Assembly: GCA_002269645.1 (NCBI GenBank)
Contig: NIVC01003161.1
Span: forward strand, 14,743 to 78,742
Source of the DNA: Macrostomum lignano
Lineage: Eukaryota
DNA length: 64,000 nt
Direction of reading: 5' to 3'
Part shown: positions 31,197 to 43,209 of the stretch, piece after piece
Layout of the letters: each line of letters starts with the position of its first letter
Numbering within the stretch: the stretch's first letter is position 1
The notes under the pieces: model-generated
Databases searched by the model: none
Seen by the model: the letters and a program-made list of their open reading frames with translations, nothing else
What the model was told of the DNA's origin: nothing
Translations under genes and position numbers: made by a program

Positions 31197-32220
31197 TCTC
31201 TACATATAAAAATCAAAACTCTGTCTGTCTGTCTGTCTGTCTGTCTGTGGACAAATTAAAATTTCCTAAATTTGAGTCTTCCTACCTAAAAGTACAAAAA
31301 ACTGCTCAAAATGCGCGATTTTTTCACTTAATCCTCCATAGCGCCGCTCCACTTCTACCGATCCTCTTCAAATTTGACACAATCAATTTTCAACTATTTT
31401 GACACAATCGTGTAAAATTTCGAGTCTCAAAGTTAATCCTGAACGGCGCTGTGCACTTTTAAAGTTTGGCTGTTTTTTCAGCGAGACAGCCACCCCAACC
31501 TCCGCCCGCCTGCCTTTCTTTCTTTCTTGGATGAGGAAGATGGCAATCGATAAGACTAGCATAGTTGTCTGTGGTACAAAAAGCGATACGATGCAATCCT
31601 GATTCCTGAATTAGTCACACAAAATAGAATTTGTTACACTAAGTCCTATTTAAAGGCACTTTAAAATTCAAATGCCCCCAAAGAAAAGCGCATTGGGTCG
31701 TTTCACTGCTGCAGCTAGACGATGGAGATCTACAAGGCAAAGCAATGCGGCTGAAGCAGGAACATCACATAGCACAGAGGAAGCAGACAACACAGGTAGC
31801 TCTGCCCAGGCCAGATCGAGTGCAAGTGCCTTAGGAGAACAAGCCCAGAAAAGAAGCCTTCGACCACCGACAAGATCATCGACATCAGCAGCCGGCGCCA
31901 GCACTTCCGATGGAACTGGAAGTACACAGGTTCCTCTCAGGGCTGCAAATTGGGAAGAAAGACGACGTGAACAAAATAGACAGCAAACAGCCGAGGCACG
32001 ACGCAATGAAACGACTGTTCAGACTCAGCAACGACAGGAACGGGACAGAGATCAGACCGCAGAGGCACGACGCAATGAAACGACTGTCCAGACTCAGCAA
32101 CGACAGGAGCGGGACAGAGATCAGACCGCAGAGGCACGACGCAATGAAACGACTGTCCAGACTCAGCAACGACAGGAGCGGGACAGAGATCAGTGTTTAG
32201 GTCTAGAAGAAAAGAACTAG
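31197..32220 (+). mobile_element. Helitron-like 5' fragment with a truncated N-terminal ORF (31672-32220)
   Basis: Begins A|TC (TCTCTACATATAAAAATC) followed by a (CTGT)n tract and an ACCGATCCTCTTCAAATTTGACACA motif, as in invertebrate Helitron 5' ends. The ORF MPPKK... has a 69-bp/23-aa repeat (QTAEARRNETTVQTQQRQERDRD) resembling RepHel N-termini. No Rep/helicase domain and no CTAG hairpin end was found. Confidence 0.55.
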
Positions 32221-33085
32221 AAGATTGATTTGCAAAGAAAGTTGGCAGAATAAAGCTTGGTACTTCTACTGTTAATTTGCAGTTTGAATACTAAAATGTT
32301 TTTTATCACTCCCCAAATATGTTATTGTTCCTTATCGGTTTTGCTGTTGTCCTGCATATTCACTCTGCTTAGTTTCTCTAGAATAGCCTACTTAAACAGT
32401 ACAATTACTTTTCTTTTTTTACTTAGTCTTAGACAGCAACTGCTGTACAGCTTCTTTTTTGTTATGCTTGAAAGCTACGTATTAATCCCATCTCCTTTAC
32501 TTAAAAATATTCAGACAGATTCTATACTGTCCTAATGCTGTAAGCGTTTGTGTAGTCTTAGTTTCTATTCTGTTCTGCTGTATTCTATTCTAGAAATATA
32601 CTTTTTAATACACATTTATATCAAGTTTCGTTCACACCTCTATCCAACTATTAACAAGTTTTGAGTATGACTTTGGATTTTAAAATACATGCAAAAATGG
32701 TTCCGGGGATTTGAATTCCCCAGGTTCAAAATCCGCGGGTTTCAACAGCTTGTGCTTAATAAGACTGGTATTGCTAAGCTTTTTTGCTGAAGAAACCACG
32801 CAACAGTATTCCTTCTGCTTCCCTGCCTTATTAAGGAACCAATTCCAGTAAAACAAAAGGCCCTCCGCCATCGCTTCTCTGAAATATTCACCCAATTAAA
32901 GAGAAAATGCATCACTTCTGCTTGTTTAAAGAGCTGTTTTTTCAGAAAATTGGCTCCACATTTTGCAGAATAGATTATTAGGAGTAGAATTGGTGTCTGT
33001 ACAGCACTGGCGCGCTTGCATGTGCTCAAGATGTAGAGTGTTCTACCTCCCGTAAAAAGTAAAGTGTTAATCATAGAATGCTATA

Positions 33086-34361
33086 AGTAAGTCAGCCAAA
33101 AGTTTCCGGAATTTTTTAGAATCGAACTTTTAGTTAATTTTTGTCTATGGAAAAGCTTAAAAGCAGCAACCATCTACTATGCTGTTGGCCAGCCTTATCA
33201 TCACTCTTTAGCTTAACATTGCTCAGTTTCCCAGACCCTGCCTACTTAAGCCAGCAAGCGCATCCAATGGAACTGCCAAGAACTGAATGGCGAGCAATTC
33301 TGCTCAACCACTTTCATGCGGGACGCAACGCAGCAGAAGCACATCGCGAGTTGTTGCAGCTGATGGGCCCACATGCACCCTCCAAGTCGTCGGTGTACGA
33401 CTGGTTCTCTTGCTTTGCTGAGGAGAACTATGAGCTGAAGGACAAGCCGAGGTCAGGCCGACCCCCTGCTGCTGATGGCGATGCCGTTCTCCAAGCCCTT
33501 GAGGACAATCCGGACTACAGCGTGCGCAAGCTGTCAGCCGCTACTGGGGTGTCCTATGGCACGGTCCGGCGGAGCCTGCATGCTGCAGACAAGGTGCCGA
33601 AGAAGCCAACTCTGGTGCCCCATGAGCTGACACCTCAGCAGCTGAGAGCCAGGGTGAATGTGGCAACTTCGAATCTTCGCCAGGCCGGTTCGCCAAACTT
33701 TCTCAAGTCGATAATCGCTCAAGACGAGAAGTGGGTCTGCTATGAGAACCCAAGCACATCAGCCGTCTGGGTCGATGCTTCTGAAGAACCACCCAGCTGC
33801 CCAATGCGGAACCCCCACTGCGGCAAGGAGCTGCTCTCTTTCTGGTTCTGTTCGTCTGGCCCTGTTTTCTGGGAGGTCATCCCGCATGGCATGGCTGTGA
33901 ACGCGGAGGTGATCTGCAGCGAACTGGAGCAGGTCGCCCGTTTGCTGCGATCCGTGTGCCCGGGACACCGCGACAAGGTGCTCCTCTTCGACAATGCGCG
34001 GCCTCACAAAGCAAGACTCACCCAGGCCAAGCTGGCAAGCCTGGGCTTCAGTGTTTTGCCCCACCCACCATACTCGCCAGACCTCTCGCCATGCGACTAC
34101 CATGTGTTCAGGTCTCTCCAGAGCTTTTGTGATGGACAGCGGTTCGCCAACAAGCAACATGTGGAGCAGGCAGTGCAGAAATGGATTGATTCAAAGCCTG
34201 CGAGCTTCTGGAGGGAGGGGATTGACGCATTGCCAGCAAGATGGGAGAGGGTCAAGGCCTTGAATGGCAACTACATCACATCGCTGTAAACTGTTTGTTC
34301 TTGACACTATTTGTTATAGTTTTAAAATGTTCAAATTCCGGAAACTTTTGGCTCACCCTAA
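33086..34361 (+). mobile_element. Full-length mariner (DD34D) transposon, about 1276 bp
   Basis: The inner 21 bp of the TIRs are perfect (AGCCAAAAGTTTCCGGAATTT at 33094-33114, reverse complement at 34333-34353); TA flanks at 33084-85 and 34362-63; the outer 8 bp differ between the ends. Confidence 0.92.
33267..34289 (+). CDS. Mariner transposase, 340 aa, uninterrupted
   Basis: HTH N-terminus (DKPRSGRP), LVPHEL, QDEKW, FDNARPH and YSPDLSPCDY; 34 residues between the second and third catalytic Asp. Confidence 0.95.
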   Translation: MELPRTEWRAILLNHFHAGRNAAEAHRELLQLMGPHAPSKSSVYDWFSCFAEENYELKDKPRSGRPPAADGDAVLQALEDNPDYSVRKLSAATGVSYGTVRRSLHAADKVPKKPTLVPHELTPQQLRARVNVATSNLRQAGSPNFLKSIIAQDEKWVCYENPSTSAVWVDASEEPPSCPMRNPHCGKELLSFWFCSSGPVFWEVIPHGMAVNAEVICSELEQVARLLRSVCPGHRDKVLLFDNARPHKARLTQAKLASLGFSVLPHPPYSPDLSPCDYHVFRSLQSFCDGQRFANKQHVEQAVQKWIDSKPASFWREGIDALPARWERVKALNGNYITSL

Positions 34362-34392
34362 TAAGTGCACGCATGCGCACCTAAACTTTAAG

Positions 34393-34560
34393 GATGATTC
34401 ATGTTGCTATTTATGGCAGCAGAATGATTCATGTTGCTATTTATAGCAGCAGAATGATTCATGTTACTATTTACAGCAGCAGAATGAGTCATGTTACTAT
34501 TTATAACCACACGATGAATCATGTTACCCCTTATAGCGCAACACGTGAATCATGTTACTA
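34393..34560. repeat. 30-bp degenerate tandem repeat (ATGATTCATGTTGCTATTTATGGCAGCAGA), about 5 copies
   Basis: Direct. Confidence 0.8.
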
Positions 34561-34978
34561 TTTTTGGCCCACAAAATCGTCTATAAATACAAGCGGTCCA
34601 AAGCGGTACCGGAGTCAACTCCCGACGACAGGAGAAGCTCCGAAGAGGTTGTCTTTAGGAAGACTCCCTAGCTCACCAGTCGAACGAAAGACTTGATCAA
34701 GTGTTGCGGTTAGCCTTTCTTATTTGCGCCAGTTGTTGTTGAGACGTCTCGCTCAAGTCTAGTGTGTCTTGAGTCTATTTGAGTCTGTTGAGACTCTTGA
34801 GTCTGTTTGGACTCCCTTGGCAGTAGTCGCCCCGAAGGACTACCCTAGTAGATCTTAGAGGAGCTACTAGAGATATCCGGAGCATTACCTAGAGTGCATC
34901 GAGGCACTACTAGAAGAAGAAGGCTTAATTGATACCGCTATTCGGCGCAGGGTACCCATTGTTGATACGAGGCCTCTG

Positions 34979-35504
34979 GGGGGGTGTTTATCGAAACTCA
35001 CGTAAGTTCTATGGTAAGTTAGATCGTAAGAAAGAAGTTTACGTGTAGCGTAAGTTTGCTCGTAAAACGCTTTCTCAAAACTCACTTAGACTTTGCGTGG
35101 CTTACGCTGTTCGTAAGTCGTATCTGAAACGAAAATTTGCATGTCTATGGTCATAAATCTGTAAATATCTTTACTTAGTCTATCGTAAGTTGCTTTCGAG
35201 AAAGACCCACCTTCGATAAAGTTTAACTTGACTTGGCTTGACTAAAGCTTCACGTACTATGCGATTAGTGCTTAAGTGCGTCTTACGACCCATACCGAGC
35301 AGTCGTAGGGTTAAGATCAACCTTACGAAAGACCATAGACATACGAACGTTTCGAGAAACAGTCTTTTGCGCAAAGTTACGAACTCGTAAAGTTGCGATC
35401 GATCTTACGCATAGCTAACTTGCGAGCCCTTCGAGCAACCCGTAAGTGTAGCTTACCCAACTTACGTCTATGGTCGATCGTAAGTTGCTTTCGAGAAAGA
35501 CCCC
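34979..35504. mobile_element. MITE-like element (PIF/Harbinger-like) rich in CGTAAG/CTTACG motifs
   Basis: Imperfect TIRs GGGGGGTGTTTATCGAAA and TTTCGAGAAAGACCCC; CTG on both flanks as a candidate 3-bp TSD; an internal copy of the right end at about 35185-35210. Confidence 0.55.
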
Positions 35505-36130
35505 CTGATTGGTCCTGACTGCAGATACCGGCCGGAAGTAACTTCATTGGAAATACAGTACAAGAAGCACCAGGACCAGAGAAGCGGATCCAAGACAGTG
35601 ACCAGATCTACACGAGATCTACTGACGAGTTCCTAGCGAGAACTACTCAAGAAATTCAAATCCGGATTGAAGGTAATTAACTACCTTCATTTGATTACTG
35701 GGTTGCCTAGCAAAGAGCTAGAAGTGATTGTTCCTTGATTATCAAAGGACTGGTAGTAAGGAACACATCAAAGAGTCAGTGGAGTTGGCCGGATTGCGTC
35801 AGCACTCACAGCCTTCGATTTATTGATTTTATTGATTTATTTTTAGACCATATAAAACAAAAGACTGTCTGAATCACTCATTTTAGTGAGCGCTGAAATG
35901 GAGGATATTTCACTCATTACAGAAGTCTTTTTCAACAGGGCCTCTAGTGTACTCGCTAACATACGGTAAGAGAAGCAGAATTTCCAGCCAATAGAAAGCA
36001 GCAAAATTTACTGGCTAACGGGAGGCTAAACAACGCATTACAATATATATAGCTAACTGTAAGCACCATGACAAATTCTAATAGACTGCAAGCTACTGTC
36101 ACTCGGAAATTGCTAACTCTTTTCCAGGCA

Positions 36131-37188
36131 ATGCCTCCAGGTAAAAGATAAAACTTCTTAACTGCACAGGGGCCCTTTTTAATCTACAGAAAGTATCAAT
36201 TATCATTTTAGAAAATTGGATTTTCCTTGTCCTACAACTGCTGGGTTTTCTGACTGTCTGCCAGTGCAGGTCCGGAGACACCTGGACTCAGGTGCAGGTG
36301 CAGTGCCTGTCTGAGGCCGCCGCGATTTACCGAGCGCAGGCGAGCAGCGATGTGCACTGCTCTGTGATCGCGTCCAGCAAGCAGAAAGTCGGAATCATTT
36401 TGGCCCAGTTCGAGCCGGCCTCTCTCCGCTGCAGTCTCTTCCGCTACCAGTCCGTGTGTCGCGACCTTGTCTCTGGCGGTGCGAGCAGCGACTGCCGAGT
36501 GCTCATCCGATTTCCGATCAAATATCCGGCTCAGCTCAACCCGAAGCTCACAAACGTGTGGCTCGGAGACGACATGTCTGCATTTGAGAATGTCGTGTGC
36601 CAGGCTGACGAAGAGACCAACCGAATTTATCCGGTCGGAGTCCAGTGGACAGAGGAGGGCGCCGCGTTCGATGGGAGCAGCTCGTTTCTGGCCATGAACA
36701 AGAGCGACATCGGGTTCGGCACAGGCGTCACGGTGCTGCTCAGGATGAAGCGGCAGCCGCAGGTGCAGCCGCTGTTTGAGTTCCTGGACTGCGCCAACTT
36801 TGCCACAGGACCTTACTACCACCACATCTGGGAGTATTCCTCAGTATCAAGGTTCTATGTCCTCTTCTACGATACTAATTCAGTACGTAACAGAATCATG
36901 TCGTCAGCCCTTCTTACCGCGAACGCCGGCGAGTGGATTGACCTCGGATTCACGTCGACACCGACAACAGACTCTTATGGAATGTTTGTGAACGCCTCCT
37001 TCTTGCCGATGTCTGCCATCGATTTTCATACTGTAACTGCTTCTATTTCGGTGTCAAAGTTCTGCTTTCGGTTCGGCAAGCGGTACAATCATGCCACCCT
37101 ATTCAAGGGCTCGGTCAAGGCCATCGCAATCGGCAACAGCTTCATGAACGAAACCGAGATTCGAGACTTCTTTGCCGCCCTGCCGTGA
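36131..37188 (+). CDS. Secreted Apple/PAN-like + Laminin G (concanavalin A-like) domain protein, intact copy 1
   Basis: Exon 36131-36140 (ATG CCT CCA G, then GTAAAA) plus exon 36212-37188 gives MPPENWIFLVLQLLGFLTVCQC (signal peptide). A Cys-spaced PAN-like region follows, then LamG motifs FDGSSSFL, GEWIDLGFT and LFKGSVKAIAIGN. Confidence 0.75.
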
Positions 37189-37949
37189 GGAGCAGCTCAG
37201 CAACTGGTGGACTCGCTGCAGTTTAAACTGTGAACTCACGACGATTTTTAGGTTTCTAAGCTTACACTTAAGTCAATAGGTGTTACCTTTTTGCGTCTTA
37301 ATTCATCTGATTTGTGCAGGAATAAATTTCTTAAGCAGTGTTTGAATTTCTATTGACTTTTTCCTGTCGCTGTCTCTGATTTCTTTACTCGATTTACGGA
37401 TATTTACAGACATGACGTGCAAATTGTTTCTTCGGCTAAAGCAGTGACACCTAAAGTTTCTGTAGTAAAGATTCGATTAAAACTCTCTTCAAACGTTGTG
37501 GTTTTCTTCTTAGCAGTCGAAGTCTATACTGTTTTACTTAAAAATTATTATTAGGTAATCTAGGCGTCCTTTGTCGTATCATATCCATATCAGATTCTGT
37601 TCGAATGTTTATTAAGAAAGAAAGTGCTTTACTCTTTCAAAGCTGTTTCTAACTCTTAATCAGAGTTATACTTTAAAATTTTATTGCGATTAGATAGCAA
37701 ATTTAATATAGAAATGTACGTAAGTATTTTAGTATTTGTCAATATACTTTTCAACAACGTTCCATAACAATAGTCTTGCTTATTAACTATCAGATTAGGA
37801 CAAAGACAATGAGAATTTGGATAGGTACAGAGAGTTACCCTAGCTTACCAAACCATGCAGATTTCTGGAAGCCGGCTCCGATTCAAATTTGAAAATAATA
37901 TCCTGATACAAACTGGAAGACCGCCGCCACTTCTTCATGAACACTGGCT

Positions 37950-39345
37950 TGCTAGCGCGTCGCTTATCGCATATCGCATATCGAGGTATCGCATATCTCC
38001 GTCGAAATCTATCGACACCAGCAAAATGTATCGGCCGCTCAACGCCGTCTTGGATCTGGGAGGAATTCGTCGCTGGTGTCGCTGATGACGATCGCGTCCG
38101 CGCTCAATCAAAGTGCGCCAGGCTTGGTGGATTGACGTTTGCCTCCTTCAACGCCTGGAACGCTCGCTCGCTCGCTCGCATTCGGCTGTCTAATTTGAAC
38201 TCGGCGTCCCTCATGAGCAGAAGCCTCTGAGGCGCCGTGACTTCGGCAAAGTTGGGCACGGACCGCATCAGGTAGTTGGAGGATCCCAGAAACGCCTGCA
38301 GTTCATTCTTTTTTGCCTGTGCGTGCAGCTCCTTGAAGGCCTTAGTTTGAGACACTGACAGTCGCATGCCGTCAGCCGAAAATACAAAGCCGAAGAACTC
38401 GATCTCGGTCCTCCGCAGCTGGCATTTGTCCATTGTTGGCCTTCAGGCCGACTTCTTCCAGTCGCTTCAACAGAGCGCAGAGCATTGAGTCGTGCTCGGC
38501 CTCCATTGCTCCGTAGAAGATAAAGTCATCCAAGATGTGCTCCACTCCGGGCAGGCCGGCTACCAGGTGGCTCAGCATCCTTCTAAGGCCGCTGGCGCTG
38601 ACGCTAGGCCGAACGGCACTCGGAAGAATCGGTAAGCGCTAGGCCGAACGGCACCCGGAAGAATCGGTAAGCGCTGGGCCGAACGGCACTCGGAAGAATC
38701 GGTAAACGCTAGGCCGAACGGCACCCGGAAGAATCGGTAAGCGCTAGGCCGAACGGCACCCGGAAGAATCGGTAAGCGCTGGGCCGAACGGCACCCGGAA
38801 GAATCGGTACAAGCTCTAGTGTGTTATGAATGTCCTCAGTTCATGTGATGACTCGTGGAGCTGCATCTGCATGTAGCCCGTCTTGTGGTCGATCTTGGAG
38901 AACACCTGACCGCCGGCTGTCTTGCTCATCACCGAGCATATCTCGTCCAGCTGAGGCATCGGGCGCCGGTCGATTACGAGCGACTTGTTCAGCTCGCGAA
39001 CGTCGATTCAGACTCAAATCTAGCCGTCCTTCTAGTTAGCGACCAACAAATTAGAAATCCAAAGGCTGGAGTTCACTCGCTCGATGATGCCTACTACTTT
39101 CATACGGTGCAGCTCTTCACCGACTTGTTGCTGCTTTGCCAGAGGCAAGTGGCACAGTGGCTGCTGTACTAGCGGCACCGCCGCGTTGATCTTCGGTTGG
39201 TGTACCGCTCCTTTGCCCGATTGAGCCACTGAAGACCGCTGGGTACTCCTTTGCGATATCGATGCTGGCAAATGAGGTGCAAATGACGAGTGAAGCATTC
39301 TGTGTAGAGAAGTTTAAGTGATTGACTTGAATTAGCAGCAATTGA
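37950..39345 (-). mobile_element. Degenerate Ty3/Gypsy pol fragment (RT and start of RNase H)
   Basis: Motifs across frames: ELHRMKVVGIIERV, IDVRELNK, FSKIDHKTGYMQM, YRFFRVPFGLASAP, ILDDFIFYG, KCQLRRTEIEFFG, LQAFLGSSNY. Many stops and frameshifts; no LTRs identified. Confidence 0.9.
38601..38810. repeat. 35-bp x6 minisatellite derived from the Gypsy RT coding sequence
   Basis: Unit GCGCTAGGCCGAACGGCACCCGGAAGAATCGGTAA; its reverse complement encodes YRFFRVPFGLA. Confidence 0.9.
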
Positions 39346-39479
39346 CTTCTTCAACTGGAACAGATTCTTTGAAACGAGGCAAAAGAACCGAAGAAAAATT
39401 TGCTGCTCACATAACTTTTGAGTCAGCCGTCAAGACTGGCAGCATCGCTCTACTCAGAAAGTCATACTTAATTACTGAG

Positions 39480-40690
39480 GGGGGGGGGGCAGGACGCCGC
39501 GATTAGGCCGTGAGGCCCCTATCGCAACCCCCAGCTAAAAACAGAAAGGCGTTAGCCTTGGGGCTGCACCCACCTTGCCAGCAGCAGAAGAGCTCGCGAG
39601 GGTGGCGTCCGCGATCTTCATCCGTCCAGAGTCCCGAACGAATGCGCGTAGGTCCCGGATCCGGTCCGGAGTGGTGAGCTCGTTCAGCCCTAGCGGGCGA
39701 CCGAGGTGACGTCTCCGCGCCTCGTTGAAGTGCGGGCAGAAAGTGAAGTGGTGCGTCGAGGTTTCCTCCTCTAAATCACAGAAGGGGCAGATAGGGGAGC
39801 AACCACTTTGTAGTGAAATATGTCTCTGGAAGAAGCCATGGCCAGAAATTACCATGCACATCTCCATGAGGTCAGTTTTACTTAAGGAGATTAGATAGTC
39901 AAATACTTTCCGGTTTATGGCAGGCATTGCCGTTCGTGTTTGCCGACATTCGGAGCAGCTGTTCCAGTGCATCTGGTGTTGGTGGTTCAGCCATTCTTGA
40001 TGGCGCGGTTGACTGATGACTTCGGAGAAGGTAACTTGACCGAGCGTTGCGCTCCATCCGGGATGCTACCCCGTTTGGTGAGTTGATCCACTAGCTCGTT
40101 GCCGAGGATGTTGCTGTAACCTGGTGTACAGATAACATTGATCCTGTTGAGAATCGCCATGGTCTGCAAGCTTTTGAAGCAGTCTGAAACTGACTTGGTT
40201 GAGAGCTTGATGAAAGACAAGGCCTTAATAGCGGCCTGACTGTCAAAGTAAAAATTTATGTCCAAGCTGCTGATGCCAGCTTTGTGCTAATGCTCAGCGC
40301 ACTGTTTGATGGCCATAACTTCGGATTGAAAAACTGAGACATTCTCACCAAGATGAAGACTCTCTTGTAAGATCGCCTCACCCTTGTGGAAAATGGCTAT
40401 GCCCGCGCCAGCCAGGTCGTCACACAGGGATCCGTCAGTGAAGCAGTGAATGCCATGGCTTCTCCGGTTGATGCCCACGTTCATTGGGTGCATCCCTCGC
40501 GGCGGAAGGGTACACTTGAAGCCCTTCCTGAGAATGAGAGTGTGGGGTTTACAGTCCATCTCGTCTAAATTGAGTTGGATGTGTTGAAGGTCGCAACGGA
40601 TGTAATCCAGATGTGGGATGGGAGTCTTCTCAGGCATGAAGCCCGATGGGCTCAGAAAGTCATGGTGACGGGTCTGTTTGATGCTGTATG
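39480..40690 (-). mobile_element. 5'-truncated non-LTR retrotransposon 3' end (RNase H + Cys/His finger; I/Loa/R1-type group)
   Basis: CFTDGSL...[40 protein letters not shown] and [19 protein letters not shown], interrupted by stops. Confidence 0.88.
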
Positions 40691-41782
40691 TGTTACTCTC
40701 GGCCGGTTAATGATGCAAACGTCCTATCTCTGAATATGGTTTCTAAATGTCTTTTGTTCCTTCGCCTTTTGCTCCTAATTGCACTTCTTGCAGTGCTTTG
40801 CTTAACTACATGCATGTACGTCTTGTCTTAATAAACTATCGTACTGGTATTTTGTGGTCCCTGGTCTGGAGTCTTCTGCAACTCTTCTGTTGCTTTTTCA
40901 TCGTTATATCTGCAATTTAGCGTAGATCAAAGCATTGCCGAGTGGGCCTAAGCCACGTTAATGATGCTTCGTAAAATAATACGCAATCTTGAGAAGATTC
41001 AAGTAAAAGCCATGTTGACAAGACATCGGAGACATTTAACTTTTCTATACGAAGATGAATTCTTCATCAGAACTCTGCGTGGAATTTTTACTCCTTACTT
41101 TTGTCTATCTCTCCATCGCCACTTCTTCCAGCAGCGAATGATTCAGTGGAAAACCTTAGAACTCAACTTCTTTGCATTGTCTGCAAATCCAATTTAAAAA
41201 TTCAAGCGAAACGGTGGATGAGAGGCCACTGCAAGCGGCTGCAGTCACGCAACTGAGACGCCAGCATCAGGGGATAGGCTTGCTGTGTCTCATTAACGGT
41301 TTTCAGATCTGCCAAAACGCAGCTTCACTTGCTAAGGATGGGGCGTAGGCTGTATTGGCTGTTTTATTTGGAATTAATTGGCAAATGATTCTTCCAAACG
41401 CTGGAAGAAGTCTTGAAGCAGAGTTTCAGCCAGACCCATTTCGCTATTCACCTGCCGCTGAAGAATTTTTTCAGAGTTTTGGGGACAATGTCAGCCTCAT
41501 TAAAAATGCATCCAGCTGATGAGGCGTAGTGGCAAGCAAAATTTGTTTAAATTGACAATGGTAGCCCAAAGCAATGGGAAAGAAATGAAACACTTTTTTA
41601 GAGAGGTGCCTTACAATACTTCCATCAGGCGCGCAAGCACTCGACTATATACATGCATGTGGGGCCGGCTCAGAGTCTGAGGGAAGTCAAACAGAGTCTA
41701 AAAGCCAGACGGACTGTGCAAAATTTCTGATTGAACATTGAAAAAAATCTAGCAATACTGGACACCAAAAATTGACGTCAAA

Positions 41783-42250
41783 ATGTGTACAGGTAAGAAA
41801 TAAGCACAAGCATCCTGTTTCATTCGAATCCATGATTTAAAAGTGTAATTTGACCGTCAAAACCTTCAGTTTCTTTTCTGCTTGCGTGGCTTGAGTTGAT
41901 GGCTTTTATGACTGGCTGCCAGTGCAGAGCCGGAGACACCTGGACTCGCATGCAGGTGCAGTACCTGTCCGATGCTGCCGCATTCCGCATCTCCGAGGCG
42001 GTCAGCCACCAGCACTGCTGCATGCTGGCATCCAGCTCTGTCTTATCCGGCATTCTCATTGCCCAGTTCGAGCCGGCCTCTCTCCACTGCAGTCTCTTCC
42101 GCTACCAGTCCGTGTGTCGCGACCTTGTCTCTGGCGGTGCGAGCAGCGACTGCCGAGTGCTCATCCGATTTCCGATCAAATATCCGGCTCAGCTCGACCC
42201 GAAGCTCACAAACGTGTGGCTCGGAGACGACATGTCTGCATTTGAGAATG
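41783..42250 (+). pseudogene. Apple/PAN-LamG paralog copy 2, 3'-truncated
   Basis: ATG TGT ACA G then GTAAGA (41783-41792), acceptor at 41870, giving MCTVSFLLAWLELMAFMTGCQC. Homology to copy 1 stops abruptly after TTTGAGAATG (~42250), before the LamG domain. Confidence 0.7.
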
Positions 42251-43209
42251 CATTTGTCAAATTCGCTCATTCCTGCCCTCAAATCCATAGTCAGAACTAT
42301 GTTGTTTCACGATTGGCCATAGACTAAAACAGCGGGCACGGAATCTGCCGTCTTGCCCGCGAAATCGTGAGACAACACCAGAAGTTCCAGTAGTACTTCG
42401 TATATATATAGTACCCTAAATTCTGCATATGGAAATTACGTAGCCATCATAAAAATTAATGTGCAAATTATTGCACAAGTTAGCCTGACATAGCTCGTAA
42501 TGTGTTTCTGCATTCTCAGAAATTACCTCGTAAGACGCTACGCACTCGAATTCGTGCAAATGTTCGTTGTGGCCTGGTTTTATTCGCTGTACATTACGTT
42601 AGCGAGATAAGAAGTTTTCAGTTTTTCACTCAAGTTCACAATATATCCACCTTCTGGACTTCTGGATCTTTGAGCCTCTGGGACTAATCCATAGCCAGAT
42701 TTATAAGTACCACCGGGCTAACACATGATAATCAAAACTGACCGAATTAAAAAAACGTTCGCAGAAAAAGACCCTATATAGAGTGCGGTGTTGGCACTAA
42801 CCGTTTTTTTCCTAATATTGTGCTGATAGTGCAGGTGGGAAAAGCCAAGCTGCTCACCAAACCTGGTAGTTTAAGTGGTAGCTAATTACTAGCCTCAAGT
42901 ACTCCAGCAATGCTCATTAGCTCATTTATCCTGAGAGTTGTCCCTAATTATTTCAATATTTGACTATCGCTAAGAAAAGCTAATAGAAGAGGAGACGATG
43001 GATATAGGAAAGTCAGCGTGATATCTTTAAATACAGCAGTTTAGCCTTGTCAGAAATTCTGCATTTGAAGACATTAAATTATTATATATGAATTCCTACT
43101 CTTATTCATTCTTGCAGCATATTTTGGACATGAACTGCTGTCAGACAGTCAATAATACCTTCACTTTTAAAATTTCAAAGGTTTTAATTTCATTTCAGAT
43201 TTTTTTATT

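Noticed and set aside
34560-35870. LTR-like sequence with a TATA box and a TGGTCC motif around the MITE
   Set aside because: No TG...CA termini, second LTR or TSD could be identified.
41200-41600. Possible hAT dimerisation-domain relic on the minus strand (LAT..SSAGCIFNEADI)
   Set aside because: Needs frameshifts, and the similarity is too weak to support without a search.
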